In this document: positions 8,332-16,441 of the stretch, one piece after another | Numbering within the stretch: position 1 is the first letter of the stretch | How the letters are laid out: every line of letters begins with the position of its first letter | Source of the DNA: Gemmatimonadota bacterium | Lineage (GTDB): Bacteria > Gemmatimonadota > Gemmatimonadetes > Gemmatimonadales > Gemmatimonadaceae | Direction of reading: 5' to 3' | Assembly: GCA_040006195.1 (NCBI GenBank) | Contig: JBDTXL010000471.1 | Span: forward strand, 1-26,342 | Length of the DNA stretch: 26,342 nt | Translations under genes and position numbers: made by a program | Notes under the pieces: generated by a model | Database searches by the model: none | Told to the model about the DNA's origin: nothing | Seen by the model: only the letters and a program-made list of their open reading frames with translations

Positions 8332-9537
8332 ATGAATCTCCTGTTCGCATTCGTCGGCGGTCTCGTGATCGGCATCCTCACCTTCTGGCTCGTGGCGCGC
8401 CTCAGGGAGCGCGACACCGCGACGCTCGCGCGGGAGCTCGTGCGCCAGGCCGAATCGGCGAAGACGCAGGAAGTGGCGCTGCTCACGAGCAACATGCGCG
8501 ACTCGGTGAAGGCGATGACGTCGGACATCATCACCGGAGGAGTGAAGCAGCTCAACGACGCAGCGCGCGATTCACTCTCGAGGCACACGGCCGAAAGTCA
8601 GGCTGGGCTGGAATCGAAGAAGGCGCTCATCGACAAGTCGCTCGAGACGATGAACACGAGGCTCGAGCAAGTGAGCCTGCTCGTGAACGAGCTCGAAAAG
8701 ACGCGCGCAGAAAAGTATGGTGCGCTCTCGAAGCAACTCGTCGACGCGTCGGCCGCCACCACGAAGCTCAGCGATTCCGCCGACGCGCTGCGTGGCATAC
8801 TCTCCAATCCGACCGCCCGCGGGCAGTGGGGCGAGCGGCTGGCGGAGGATGTGCTGCGCGCAGCGGGGCTGGTGGAAGGGGTGAACTACCGCAAGCAGTT
8901 CACGATGAAGTCCGGATGCCGTCCGGACTTCACCTTCGACCTCCCGAATGGGCTGATCCTGAACATGGACGTGAAGTTCCCGCTCACCAGCTACCTCGCC
9001 TGGTTCGAACACACCAGCGAAAGCGACAAGAAGGCGAGCGCCGAGCAGTTCAGGCGAGACGTGCAGAAGACGATCCGGCAGGTGTACGAGCGCGGATACA
9101 TCGACGCGACCGAGAACACCGTCGACTACGCCATCCTCTTCGTTCCGAACGAACGTGTGCTCGGCTTCCTCAATGAGTACGATCCAACGGCGATCGACGG
9201 GGCGCTGAGCAACAAGGTCGTCATCTGCTCACCCTTTACGCTCTACGCGGTGCTCGTGGTGGTTCGCCAGGCGATGGACAACTTCAAATTCGCGCAGACC
9301 ACGTCGGAGATACTCAAGCTGCACGCCGACTTCCACAAGGAGTGGTCGACGTTCAAGGAGTCGTTCGATAGAATCAAGAAGCACATCGATGGGCTCCAGG
9401 AGTCATTCGAGTCGCTCGCAACGACGCGGAGAAGGAAGCTCGACAGCGTGCTCGAGAAGATCGACGCGCTGCGCGGCCCCGAGCAGAAGATCGGCGCGCC
9501 GCCCCCCGCTATAAGTGAGGAGGCGCGAATACAGTAG
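8332..9537 (+). CDS. rmuC: DNA recombination protein RmuC
   Basis: 401 aa from ATG 8332. N-terminal TM helix, coiled coil, RGQWGERLAEDVLRAAGL, RPDFTFDLP..L..DVKFPL, DYAILFVPNE, VVICSPFTL. Confidence 0.9.
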   Translation: MNLLFAFVGGLVIGILTFWLVARLRERDTATLARELVRQAESAKTQEVALLTSNMRDSVKAMTSDIITGGVKQLNDAARDSLSRHTAESQAGLESKKALIDKSLETMNTRLEQVSLLVNELEKTRAEKYGALSKQLVDASAATTKLSDSADALRGILSNPTARGQWGERLAEDVLRAAGLVEGVNYRKQFTMKSGCRPDFTFDLPNGLILNMDVKFPLTSYLAWFEHTSESDKKASAEQFRRDVQKTIRQVYERGYIDATENTVDYAILFVPNERVLGFLNEYDPTAIDGALSNKVVICSPFTLYAVLVVVRQAMDNFKFAQTTSEILKLHADFHKEWSTFKESFDRIKKHIDGLQESFESLATTRRRKLDSVLEKIDALRGPEQKIGAPPPAISEEARIQ

Positions 9538-9596
9538 TGGCGCCCTGGATGTACGCTTCTTGCACGCACTCGACTCACCCATTTCCCGGATCACCC

Positions 9597-9929
9597 ATGA
9601 GCAACAGCAAGAACAGCCATTCCTCCACGCCAAACTCGACACACGGCCCAAAGACACAGGCAGCTATCGCGAAGCAGGCGCATACTCACACGAAGGAAGA
9701 GCACGACGCCGCGGGTCCACGCGAAGTGCCGGATGGCGAGGTAAAGGACATCCACGATAAGGAGCTCGAGGGCGAGCTGCACACGGGGAAGCATCGCCTC
9801 GTCGAGAACCGCGTCCAGCACGATGATGCCGACAAGGCGAGCGACAAGAATCGCCTGGCGGACGATGCGAAGAAGCACAAGCACGGGAATCCGGGCGGAA
9901 AGTTGAACGGCGGCCCGAGCCACCAATAG
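9597..9929 (+). CDS. Small His/Lys/Asp-rich hydrophilic hypothetical protein
   Basis: 110 aa from ATG 9597. Fills the gap after rmuC, third-position G/C codon bias, 12 His, no Cys/Phe/Trp/Tyr. Confidence 0.6.
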   Translation: MSNSKNSHSSTPNSTHGPKTQAAIAKQAHTHTKEEHDAAGPREVPDGEVKDIHDKELEGELHTGKHRLVENRVQHDDADKASDKNRLADDAKKHKHGNPGGKLNGGPSHQ

Positions 9930-9942
9930 CGGAGCTGCGAAT

Positions 9943-9978
9943 CCGCGCGCGGCGTTCGCCAGCGGGCGAGGCGCGCGG
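9943..9978 (+). terminator. Possible GC-rich stem-loop after the small ORF
   Basis: CCGCGCGC(9943-9950)/GCGCGCGG(9971-9978) outer stem and TCGCC-AGCG-GGCGA inner stem. Only a weak T-rich stretch follows. Confidence 0.25.
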
Positions 9979-10114
9979 CCACGATTTATCCTTCGGAAGC
10001 GCTTCGGGAGGGCTAGCACCCCTCGCCGCTTCCCCGCTTCCGCTCCACGCCGGGTTCGCGTTATGCTTTGAAGGTAACCGATCGCATTCCCGCTGGGCGT
10101 GGAGGAAGTCGACG

Positions 10115-10789
10115 ATGAAGAGTGCACACCCTCAGCTCATCACTGTCTCGCGTGAGTTCGGCGCGGGCGGGAGCGATCTCGCCCGCCTCCTCGGCGAGCG
10201 CCTCAACTGGCCCGTCCTCGACGACGAAGTCGTCTGCCGCTGCGCCAAGCGCCTCAACATGGAGCAGTCGACGGTCGAGCGACTCCGCGAGCACTCGCCC
10301 ACCCTGCTCGCACGCATCTCGGCCGCCTTTCTCGTCGCTCCGCCAGAGGCTCCGTGGTTCGATACGTCGAATCTGATGCGCATCGATGCGATCGCCGAGG
10401 CGGCACTCGAGTCGATCACTGAGGCAGTGCAGTCGCTGCCGCTGATCGTCGTCGGCTTCGGAACGCAGTGCATGTTCGCGACGCACCCGGCGGCGCTGCA
10501 CCTGAGACTCGTCGCCCCACTCGATACACGTGTCGCGAGGCTCCGGCCGCGCTTCGGCTGGGATGCTGCCACGGCGGCGACGAGGGCCCGCGAGATGGAT
10601 GACGTTCGCCGTCGGTACGTACAGCGCTACTTCCATCGCGACGTCAACGATCCGCTCCTCTACGACCTCCAGATCAACACGGGCAAGACGACCATCGAAG
10701 AGGCCGCGGGAATGATCGAACAGCTCGTGCGCGGTGAGCATACCTTGTCCTTCGCGAGCGACGGAAGCCACGACGTCGGAACGCGATGA
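10115..10789 (+). CDS. Cytidylate kinase-like family protein (Cytidylate_kin2 type)
   Basis: GGAGG at 10101-10105; 224 aa. LITVSREFGAGGSDLARLLGERLNWPVLD, LIVVGFG, LHLRLVAP..RVAR, D..RRRYVQRYFHRDVNDPLLYDLQINTG. Confidence 0.87.
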   Translation: MKSAHPQLITVSREFGAGGSDLARLLGERLNWPVLDDEVVCRCAKRLNMEQSTVERLREHSPTLLARISAAFLVAPPEAPWFDTSNLMRIDAIAEAALESITEAVQSLPLIVVGFGTQCMFATHPAALHLRLVAPLDTRVARLRPRFGWDAATAATRAREMDDVRRRYVQRYFHRDVNDPLLYDLQINTGKTTIEEAAGMIEQLVRGEHTLSFASDGSHDVGTR

Positions 10790-11409
10790 CATCTCCCATT
10801 TCGCACGGCTTCCATGGGCGGCGCCCCGACGCCGGCGCGGCCGTCAAGCTTCCGCCGGGACAGTACGAGACGCACGACTTCCCGGTGCTCTCTGCCGGAC
10901 CGACCCCGCATACGCCGCTGGCCAATTGGGACTTCACTCTCGGAGGCGTCGACGGAGCGTCGGCGCGATGGAGCTGGGCCGAGCTCGAGGCGCTGCCGCA
11001 CGAGACGATCACGCGCGACATCCACTGCGTGACGAAGTGGTCGAAGTTCGACACCGTGTGGAACGGCATCTCGATCGACACGATCATCGAGGCCGGCAAG
11101 GTGAAGGGAATCACCTCCGCGCCCTTCATCGTCGCCAGTTGCGACGGTGGCTACACGACCAATCTTCCGCTCGCCGATGTCACCGGCGGCAAGGCTTGGC
11201 TCGCGGTTGGCTACGATGGGAAGCCGCTTCCGGCGGAGCACGGCGGCCCGGTACGGCTGCTGGTGCCGCACCTGTATTTCTGGAAGAGCGCCAAGTGGAT
11301 TCGCGGCATTCGCTTTCACGATCGCGACGAGCCCGGGTTCTGGGAGGAGCTTGGCTACCACATGCGCGGCGATCCCTGGAAGGAGCAGCGCTACACCGGC
11401 GACGCGTGA
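10786..11409 (+). CDS. Sulfite oxidase-like molybdopterin oxidoreductase (Oxidored_molyb / YedY-related)
   Basis: ATGA overlap with the upstream stop; 207 aa. LPPGQY..FPVL, DIHCVTKWS (Mo-ligating Cys), DGGYTTNLPL, PLPAEHGGPVRLLVPHLYFWKSAKW, GFWEELGYHMRGDPW. Confidence 0.92.
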   Translation: MTSPISHGFHGRRPDAGAAVKLPPGQYETHDFPVLSAGPTPHTPLANWDFTLGGVDGASARWSWAELEALPHETITRDIHCVTKWSKFDTVWNGISIDTIIEAGKVKGITSAPFIVASCDGGYTTNLPLADVTGGKAWLAVGYDGKPLPAEHGGPVRLLVPHLYFWKSAKWIRGIRFHDRDEPGFWEELGYHMRGDPWKEQRYTGDA

Positions 11410-11434
11410 CACGCGCTCGCCTGCCGCGCACGTA

Positions 11435-12214
11435 ATGGCGGAGTCGACCTCCGCGTCGACATCGAGCGCGCGGCCAATCGAATGGCGGGTTGCGACGGTT
11501 GCCGAAATCATCACGGAGACGCCGCGCGTCAGAACCCTCGTGCTCGACCTTCTCCACTGGCCGGGACATCGCGCCGGACAGCATGTCGACGTCAGGCTCA
11601 CGGCCGAGGACGGATATCAGACGGAGCGCAGCTACTCGATCGCGTCGCCGCCGGAGGCCGCGCGGATCTCGCTTACCATCGAGCGGCTGGAGGACGGCGA
11701 GGTGTCATCGTATCTCGTTGGCGAGCTGCGGGTGGGAGACCCACTCGAGCTTCGCGGTCCGATCGGAGGACACTTCGCGTGGAGCGTGAAGGACGGGGGA
11801 CCACTGCTGTGCATCGGCGGTGGATCCGGCATCGTCCCGCTCATGGCGATGCTCCGACATCGAGCCGCAGCGACCGACGAGCTTCGGCGCACAATCCCCG
11901 CTCGGCTGCTCTACTCCTCGCGCAACTGGAGCGAGCTGATATATCGCGATGAGCTGGAGCACCTCGCTGCGGCGGATCCGACGCTCGCCGTCACCTACAC
12001 GATCACGCGCGAGCCCCCGCCATCATGGGCCGGCTTCCGGCGGCGCATCGACCTGCCAATGCTCGAGGAGGTCGCGTGGCCCGCGTCGTCGCGCCCGCAC
12101 GTTTTCGTGTGCGGGCCAACGCCGCTCGTGGAGGCTGTCGCCGAGGGTCTCGTCGCCCTCGGCTTCGAGCCGCAGTCGGTGCGAACGGAGCGCTTCGGAC
12201 CTACGGGAGCGTAG
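11435..12214 (+). CDS. Ferredoxin reductase-like FAD/NAD(P)H oxidoreductase (FNR family)
   Basis: 259 aa from ATG 11435. RAGQHVDVRL, RSYSIAS, GEVSSYL, LRGPIGG, GGGSGIVP, VFVCGP, ERFG. No 2Fe-2S domain. Confidence 0.9.
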   Translation: MAESTSASTSSARPIEWRVATVAEIITETPRVRTLVLDLLHWPGHRAGQHVDVRLTAEDGYQTERSYSIASPPEAARISLTIERLEDGEVSSYLVGELRVGDPLELRGPIGGHFAWSVKDGGPLLCIGGGSGIVPLMAMLRHRAAATDELRRTIPARLLYSSRNWSELIYRDELEHLAAADPTLAVTYTITREPPPSWAGFRRRIDLPMLEEVAWPASSRPHVFVCGPTPLVEAVAEGLVALGFEPQSVRTERFGPTGA

Positions 12215-12253
12215 CCTCCGAATCAAGCGCACCGCACACTGCAGGGCTGACTG

Positions 12254-13243
12254 CTAATGCCTGTGCGCCACCGAGAGCGCGTACACTCCCGAGCGGAGGC
12301 TCGGGAGGGGATCGTCGGAAAGCGTGATTCCGTTCGTGAGAATGATCGGATTGAAGGCGAGTGTCTTCTGCGCCGAATCGCTGTTCGCCACGACCTTGGT
12401 CAAGCTCAACGTTCCGAGCTCGACGCGCTTGCGGTCGGCGGGCCACACGATCGATCCGTCATTCGTCGGATCGCCGGGGTTCGCGAGTTGCGCGTAGATC
12501 GTGTACTTCACCGGCCCCTTTGCGAGCCCCGCCTTGAGAGCATTGAACATGTAGTCGGGCTTCTTCTTCGCCGCGGTCGCGGAGTCGAGCTTCACGACGC
12601 CGGCGACCGGAATGATCTGATAGCGGCCCGGATGCTTGCCGCCCGCTGAATCGACGAAGATGAACGCGTTGTTTCCGAAGAAGGCGAGATTTTGAAAGCT
12701 CTTCGCCGCCGCCTTCGAGTCGATGATCACCTTGAGCGCCGCCGGGTGTGTTCCGAGGAACTGCTCGATCGGGCTCGGATGCGCGCTCTTCTCGTTCGTG
12801 CCGGCGATCGCCGTGAGCAGCGCGAGAAAGTCGGTGCCGTTGCCGACGAAAAATCCGTTGTGTGAGTTGGCGACGATATCGGTGAACGCTCCGCCTGGAA
12901 GCGCAAAGCGAATCGCCATGCCGTGCGGTGACGCGTTCTCGTTGTTGTCGGGGATGTCCGGAACTCCCGTTCCATCCGAGAAGCGAACGATCACCGGAAC
13001 CGCGGTGCCCTGCAGATGTGCGGCTCGGCTGATCGTCTTCGCCGATGCAGCCGGAGTAAATGTGCCGGTCGTGACGAGCCCCTTCGTGTGTGTGAAGCGA
13101 AGTCCGGGATGAATGCCACCGGCGAGCTTGATCATGACGTCGGCAATCTGCTGTGCCTGCGTCACGGCCTGCGCCGGCAACGCGAATGGCACGGAGGCAA
13201 GAATCGCGAGAGCAGCGAGTCGAACACTTCTTCGAGCTGACAT
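12254..13243 (-). CDS. Exported catalase-related heme peroxidase (SrpA-like)
   Basis: 329 aa. Signal peptide; distal His in RFTHTKG; VIVRFS; GMAIRF; distal Asn in DIVANS; NDGSIVWPADR; proximal Tyr in SDDPLPSLRSGVY. Confidence 0.9.
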   Translation of the reverse strand: MSARRSVRLAALAILASVPFALPAQAVTQAQQIADVMIKLAGGIHPGLRFTHTKGLVTTGTFTPAASAKTISRAAHLQGTAVPVIVRFSDGTGVPDIPDNNENASPHGMAIRFALPGGAFTDIVANSHNGFFVGNGTDFLALLTAIAGTNEKSAHPSPIEQFLGTHPAALKVIIDSKAAAKSFQNLAFFGNNAFIFVDSAGGKHPGRYQIIPVAGVVKLDSATAAKKKPDYMFNALKAGLAKGPVKYTIYAQLANPGDPTNDGSIVWPADRKRVELGTLSLTKVVANSDSAQKTLAFNPIILTNGITLSDDPLPSLRSGVYALSVAHRH

Positions 13244-13504
13244 GTGCTGGTGCTCCGGAGAAACGGGTGGGGGCGCATCCCTATTGTGGGTCTATATTCG
13301 GCATCCACAAGGCAGCCTGCCATACCCCATTTGGACAGTTTTTTGATCCGCGACTCCCCGATGCGTCCGCCGCCCTTCTTAGACCAGCCTTTGAACGGCT
13401 TCCCCCCTCGCGCATCTCGGATCGAGCGACAGCTGCGTTGTCAGGCGCTCGTTTTATCTCCGTATCGGCAGCGACGGGTATCGCTTTTGCCCTTGTTCGG
13501 GAAC

Positions 13505-15565
13505 ATGCGCCGCGACGGTACGACCGTTAATGACACGGAGCAGGACCATCGTTTTTCGATTTTGGCGGACGCAAGCCGGCGACTCGGCGCGTCGCTCGAC
13601 TACGAGACCACGCTCGACACCGTGGCCTCCATGCGTGTACCATATCGTGATGCATGGTCGATCGTCGACGTGCTGACGGATGACGGGACCATGCGTCGAC
13701 TCCCGGTCCACCACGCAGATGCGGCGATGCAGGCGGCTCTACGCGAGCTGCACGAGCTGTACCCGCCGGACAGTGCGGCCACCGTCGGCGCAGCGAGCGC
13801 GATCCGCAGCGGCCGGACCCAGGTCATCAGCGAGGTGTCCGAACAAATGCTCACGGGCCTTGCACGCGACGCCGAGCACTTGCGGCGCTTGCGCGCTCTC
13901 GGCACGCGCTCATACCTGAGTGTCCCAATGATCGCGCGCGGCGCGGTGATCGGATCGATCACCATCGTCACGACGAACGACGAGCGTCGCTTCGGCGATG
14001 CCGATGTCGCGCTCGCCGAGGATTTTGCGGGGCGCGCAGCGATGGCGATCGACAACTCGAAGCTGCTTCGCGAAGCGAGAACCGCTCGGGTCGTGAGTGA
14101 GACGGCGGTGGGAGCGGCCGAGGAAGCAGGTCGTCGGAAATCCGAATTTCTGGCGACGATGAGCCACGAATTTCGAACGCCGCTCAACGCGATCATGGGC
14201 TACTCGCAGATTCTCGACATGGGAGTGCTCGGCCCGACGACGCCGGCGCAGCACCAGCATCTCGAGCGACTGCAGGCCAGTGCGCGACACCTGCTCTCGC
14301 TGGTGGATGACGTGCTCGACGTCGCGAAGGTAGACGCCGAGCGATTGGAGGTGCGGCAGGATTCGCTCGTCACGGGCGCAAGCGTAGTGTCCGCGGTGGC
14401 ACTCGTACATCCGCAGGCCACGGCGAAAGGGATTCGACTGCTCGACCTCGGAGCAGCAGCGCCAGGTGCACCGTACGTCGGTGACGAGCGCCGCGTTCGG
14501 CAGATTCTCGTGAACCTTCTCTCGAACGCGGTGAAGTTCACCCCCTCGGGGGGAGAGGTCACGGTGAATTGCGGCGCGACCTCGGATCCCGATCCCGGAA
14601 CGCGACTCACCGATCCTTCAATGGAGCCGGGCCCGGGCGAAGCTCCGGCCTCGCGAAAGAGCTGGGCGTTCATCCGCGTCGCCGATACCGGCCCGGGTAT
14701 TCCGACGGGCTTCATGCATCGGCTCTTCGAGCCATTCGTGCAAGCCGATGGCGCGCTCACTCGCGAAAAGGGTGGCACCGGGCTCGGCCTTGCGATCAGT
14801 CGCCGACTCGCGCGGAGAATGGGCGGGGATCTCACCGCGCGCTCGCTGCCGGGCGCGGGCGCGACCTTCACTCTCTGGCTCCCAACTCGTGAGCGAGAGG
14901 CGTTGGCGACTGTCGCGTCGACCGCTGCGCAACCAGCCACTGCCTCCGCCAACGCGCGCCGCACTCCTTCGGGAACGCTCTGGACTTTTCCGTCCGAGAG
15001 TGTGCGACTCGAAGACGCAGCGTATGCCGTACTGTACGCGATCGGGTCCAAGCTTTCCAGCGATGCCGAAACGCTGGCCGAGCGATATGTCGCCGCGATT
15101 CGCGCTGATGGACGCTTCCCCGGCGCACACGAGCTTCGCGGCGCGCAGCTCCGCGATCACGCCACTCCGTTCGTGGGGCTGCTTGCGTCGCAGCTCACGA
15201 TAATCGGCGAGACATTGGGCCGTGATCCGGAGCTCCTCGCCGACGGCGGACATCTGCAGCGACTCACCGCCGAGCTGCACGGTGCGCAGCGACATCGCCT
15301 CGGATGGAGCGAAGCGGACATCGAGCGCGAGACGACGCTGTTGATAGCCGAGGTGGAGCGCGCGATCAACGCGTCGGTCGATACCGTGGCTACGGAGCAC
15401 GCGACGAGCGATGGTCCGAGCGACGCGATTCGCGCCTCGGTGTCGGAGCCGTCGCTTCGCGCGGCGACACAGTATGCCCTCGACGTCGCCTTCCGTGTTA
15501 TCGACCAGGCGTCGCGCACTGCGATCCGAACTTATCGATTTTCCAGAAACGCGGACGCGCCGTAG
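13505..15565 (+). CDS. Soluble GAF-domain sensor histidine kinase with an extra C-terminal helical domain
   Basis: Probable start ATG 13505 (686 aa; start uncertain). GAF (LADASRRLGASLDYETTL...SYLSVPMIARGAVIGSI); H-box FLATMSHEFRTPL; N-box NLLSNAVKFT; G1 DTGPGI; F-box LFEPF; G2 GGTGLGLAIS; about 230 aa beyond FTLWLP. Confidence 0.9.
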   Translation: MRRDGTTVNDTEQDHRFSILADASRRLGASLDYETTLDTVASMRVPYRDAWSIVDVLTDDGTMRRLPVHHADAAMQAALRELHELYPPDSAATVGAASAIRSGRTQVISEVSEQMLTGLARDAEHLRRLRALGTRSYLSVPMIARGAVIGSITIVTTNDERRFGDADVALAEDFAGRAAMAIDNSKLLREARTARVVSETAVGAAEEAGRRKSEFLATMSHEFRTPLNAIMGYSQILDMGVLGPTTPAQHQHLERLQASARHLLSLVDDVLDVAKVDAERLEVRQDSLVTGASVVSAVALVHPQATAKGIRLLDLGAAAPGAPYVGDERRVRQILVNLLSNAVKFTPSGGEVTVNCGATSDPDPGTRLTDPSMEPGPGEAPASRKSWAFIRVADTGPGIPTGFMHRLFEPFVQADGALTREKGGTGLGLAISRRLARRMGGDLTARSLPGAGATFTLWLPTREREALATVASTAAQPATASANARRTPSGTLWTFPSESVRLEDAAYAVLYAIGSKLSSDAETLAERYVAAIRADGRFPGAHELRGAQLRDHATPFVGLLASQLTIIGETLGRDPELLADGGHLQRLTAELHGAQRHRLGWSEADIERETTLLIAEVERAINASVDTVATEHATSDGPSDAIRASVSEPSLRAATQYALDVAFRVIDQASRTAIRTYRFSRNADAP

Positions 15566-15572
15566 CTCTTCG

Positions 15573-16430
15573 CTACTTCAGATACTTTCTGAACCACGCA
15601 ATGGTCGCCGGCCACGCCGCCTTCGTCGCCTCGAGATTCGCTTGCATGATGCTCCCGTCGTCCTGGGTCTGCGCACGGAGAAAGCCGTGGGCGGCGCCCG
15701 GAAAGATCGTGTGCTCGTATGTGCGGCCGAGCGCCTTCATGGCCGAGTCGGTGGGGGGAACGGTGAGCGCGATGCGCGCGTCCGTGCCGCCGTACAGCCC
15801 GAGCACTGGAACGTGCACGTTCGGCAGCTGATCGGCCGAAGGCGGAGTTCCATAATAGACCACCGACGCGCCGAGCTGCTTGGATGCGCCCGCGTGTGCA
15901 GCATGGGCGAACGAGACCCCGCCGCCCCAGCAGTAACCGACGATGCCGTACTTCTTTTCGGCCGCTGGCTGCGCCATCGCGTACTGCGCGACGGCGTCGA
16001 GCTTCCGCTGCACATCCGCGGGATCGAGCGTGCGAATGAGCGCGGGGCCCTGCGCCTTGAGAGTGCTGTCGTCGAGATTCGGAGCGATCTTGCCGGTGAG
16101 TAGGTCGGGTGCGATCGCGATGAAGCCATCGGCCGCAAGCTGATCGGCGACTCCGCGCACCCACGTCGACAGACCAAAGATCTCGTGCACGACCACGACG
16201 ACGGGAGCCTTGGTGCTCACTTGCGGGTACACGATCCACGCGCGCACGCTGTCGCTGCCGACCTTCACCAGCACCCACTCGCCGTGTCGCGGTGAATTCG
16301 CGATGCGCGACGCGGCATCGGCGGCGCCGGGTGGGAGTGCCGCCGCCTGCTGCGCTGCCCCGTGATGCGCGCACGCACCGAGCGCGATCGTGAACGCCAG
16401 GGATGTAACTCCGACACGGAATCGATGCAC
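15573..16430 (-). CDS. Dienelactone hydrolase family lipoprotein
   Basis: GTG 16430 preceded by GGAG right after the amidohydrolase stop; 285 aa. Lipobox-like LGAC; HEIFGL; triad GYCWGG (Cys), GGTDARI (Asp), GAAHGF (His). Confidence 0.92.
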   Translation of the reverse strand: MHRFRVGVTSLAFTIALGACAHHGAAQQAAALPPGAADAASRIANSPRHGEWVLVKVGSDSVRAWIVYPQVSTKAPVVVVVHEIFGLSTWVRGVADQLAADGFIAIAPDLLTGKIAPNLDDSTLKAQGPALIRTLDPADVQRKLDAVAQYAMAQPAAEKKYGIVGYCWGGGVSFAHAAHAGASKQLGASVVYYGTPPSADQLPNVHVPVLGLYGGTDARIALTVPPTDSAMKALGRTYEHTIFPGAAHGFLRAQTQDDGSIMQANLEATKAAWPATIAWFRKYLK

Positions 16431-16441
16431 GATAGCTCCGT

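Noticed and set aside
13244-13504. N-terminal 87-codon extension of the histidine kinase, and the TTGTGG-N15-CCACAA inverted repeat at 13284-13310
   Set aside because: The extension is low-complexity and fills a divergent promoter region. The 6-bp arms match no regulator consensus I can name and could be chance.
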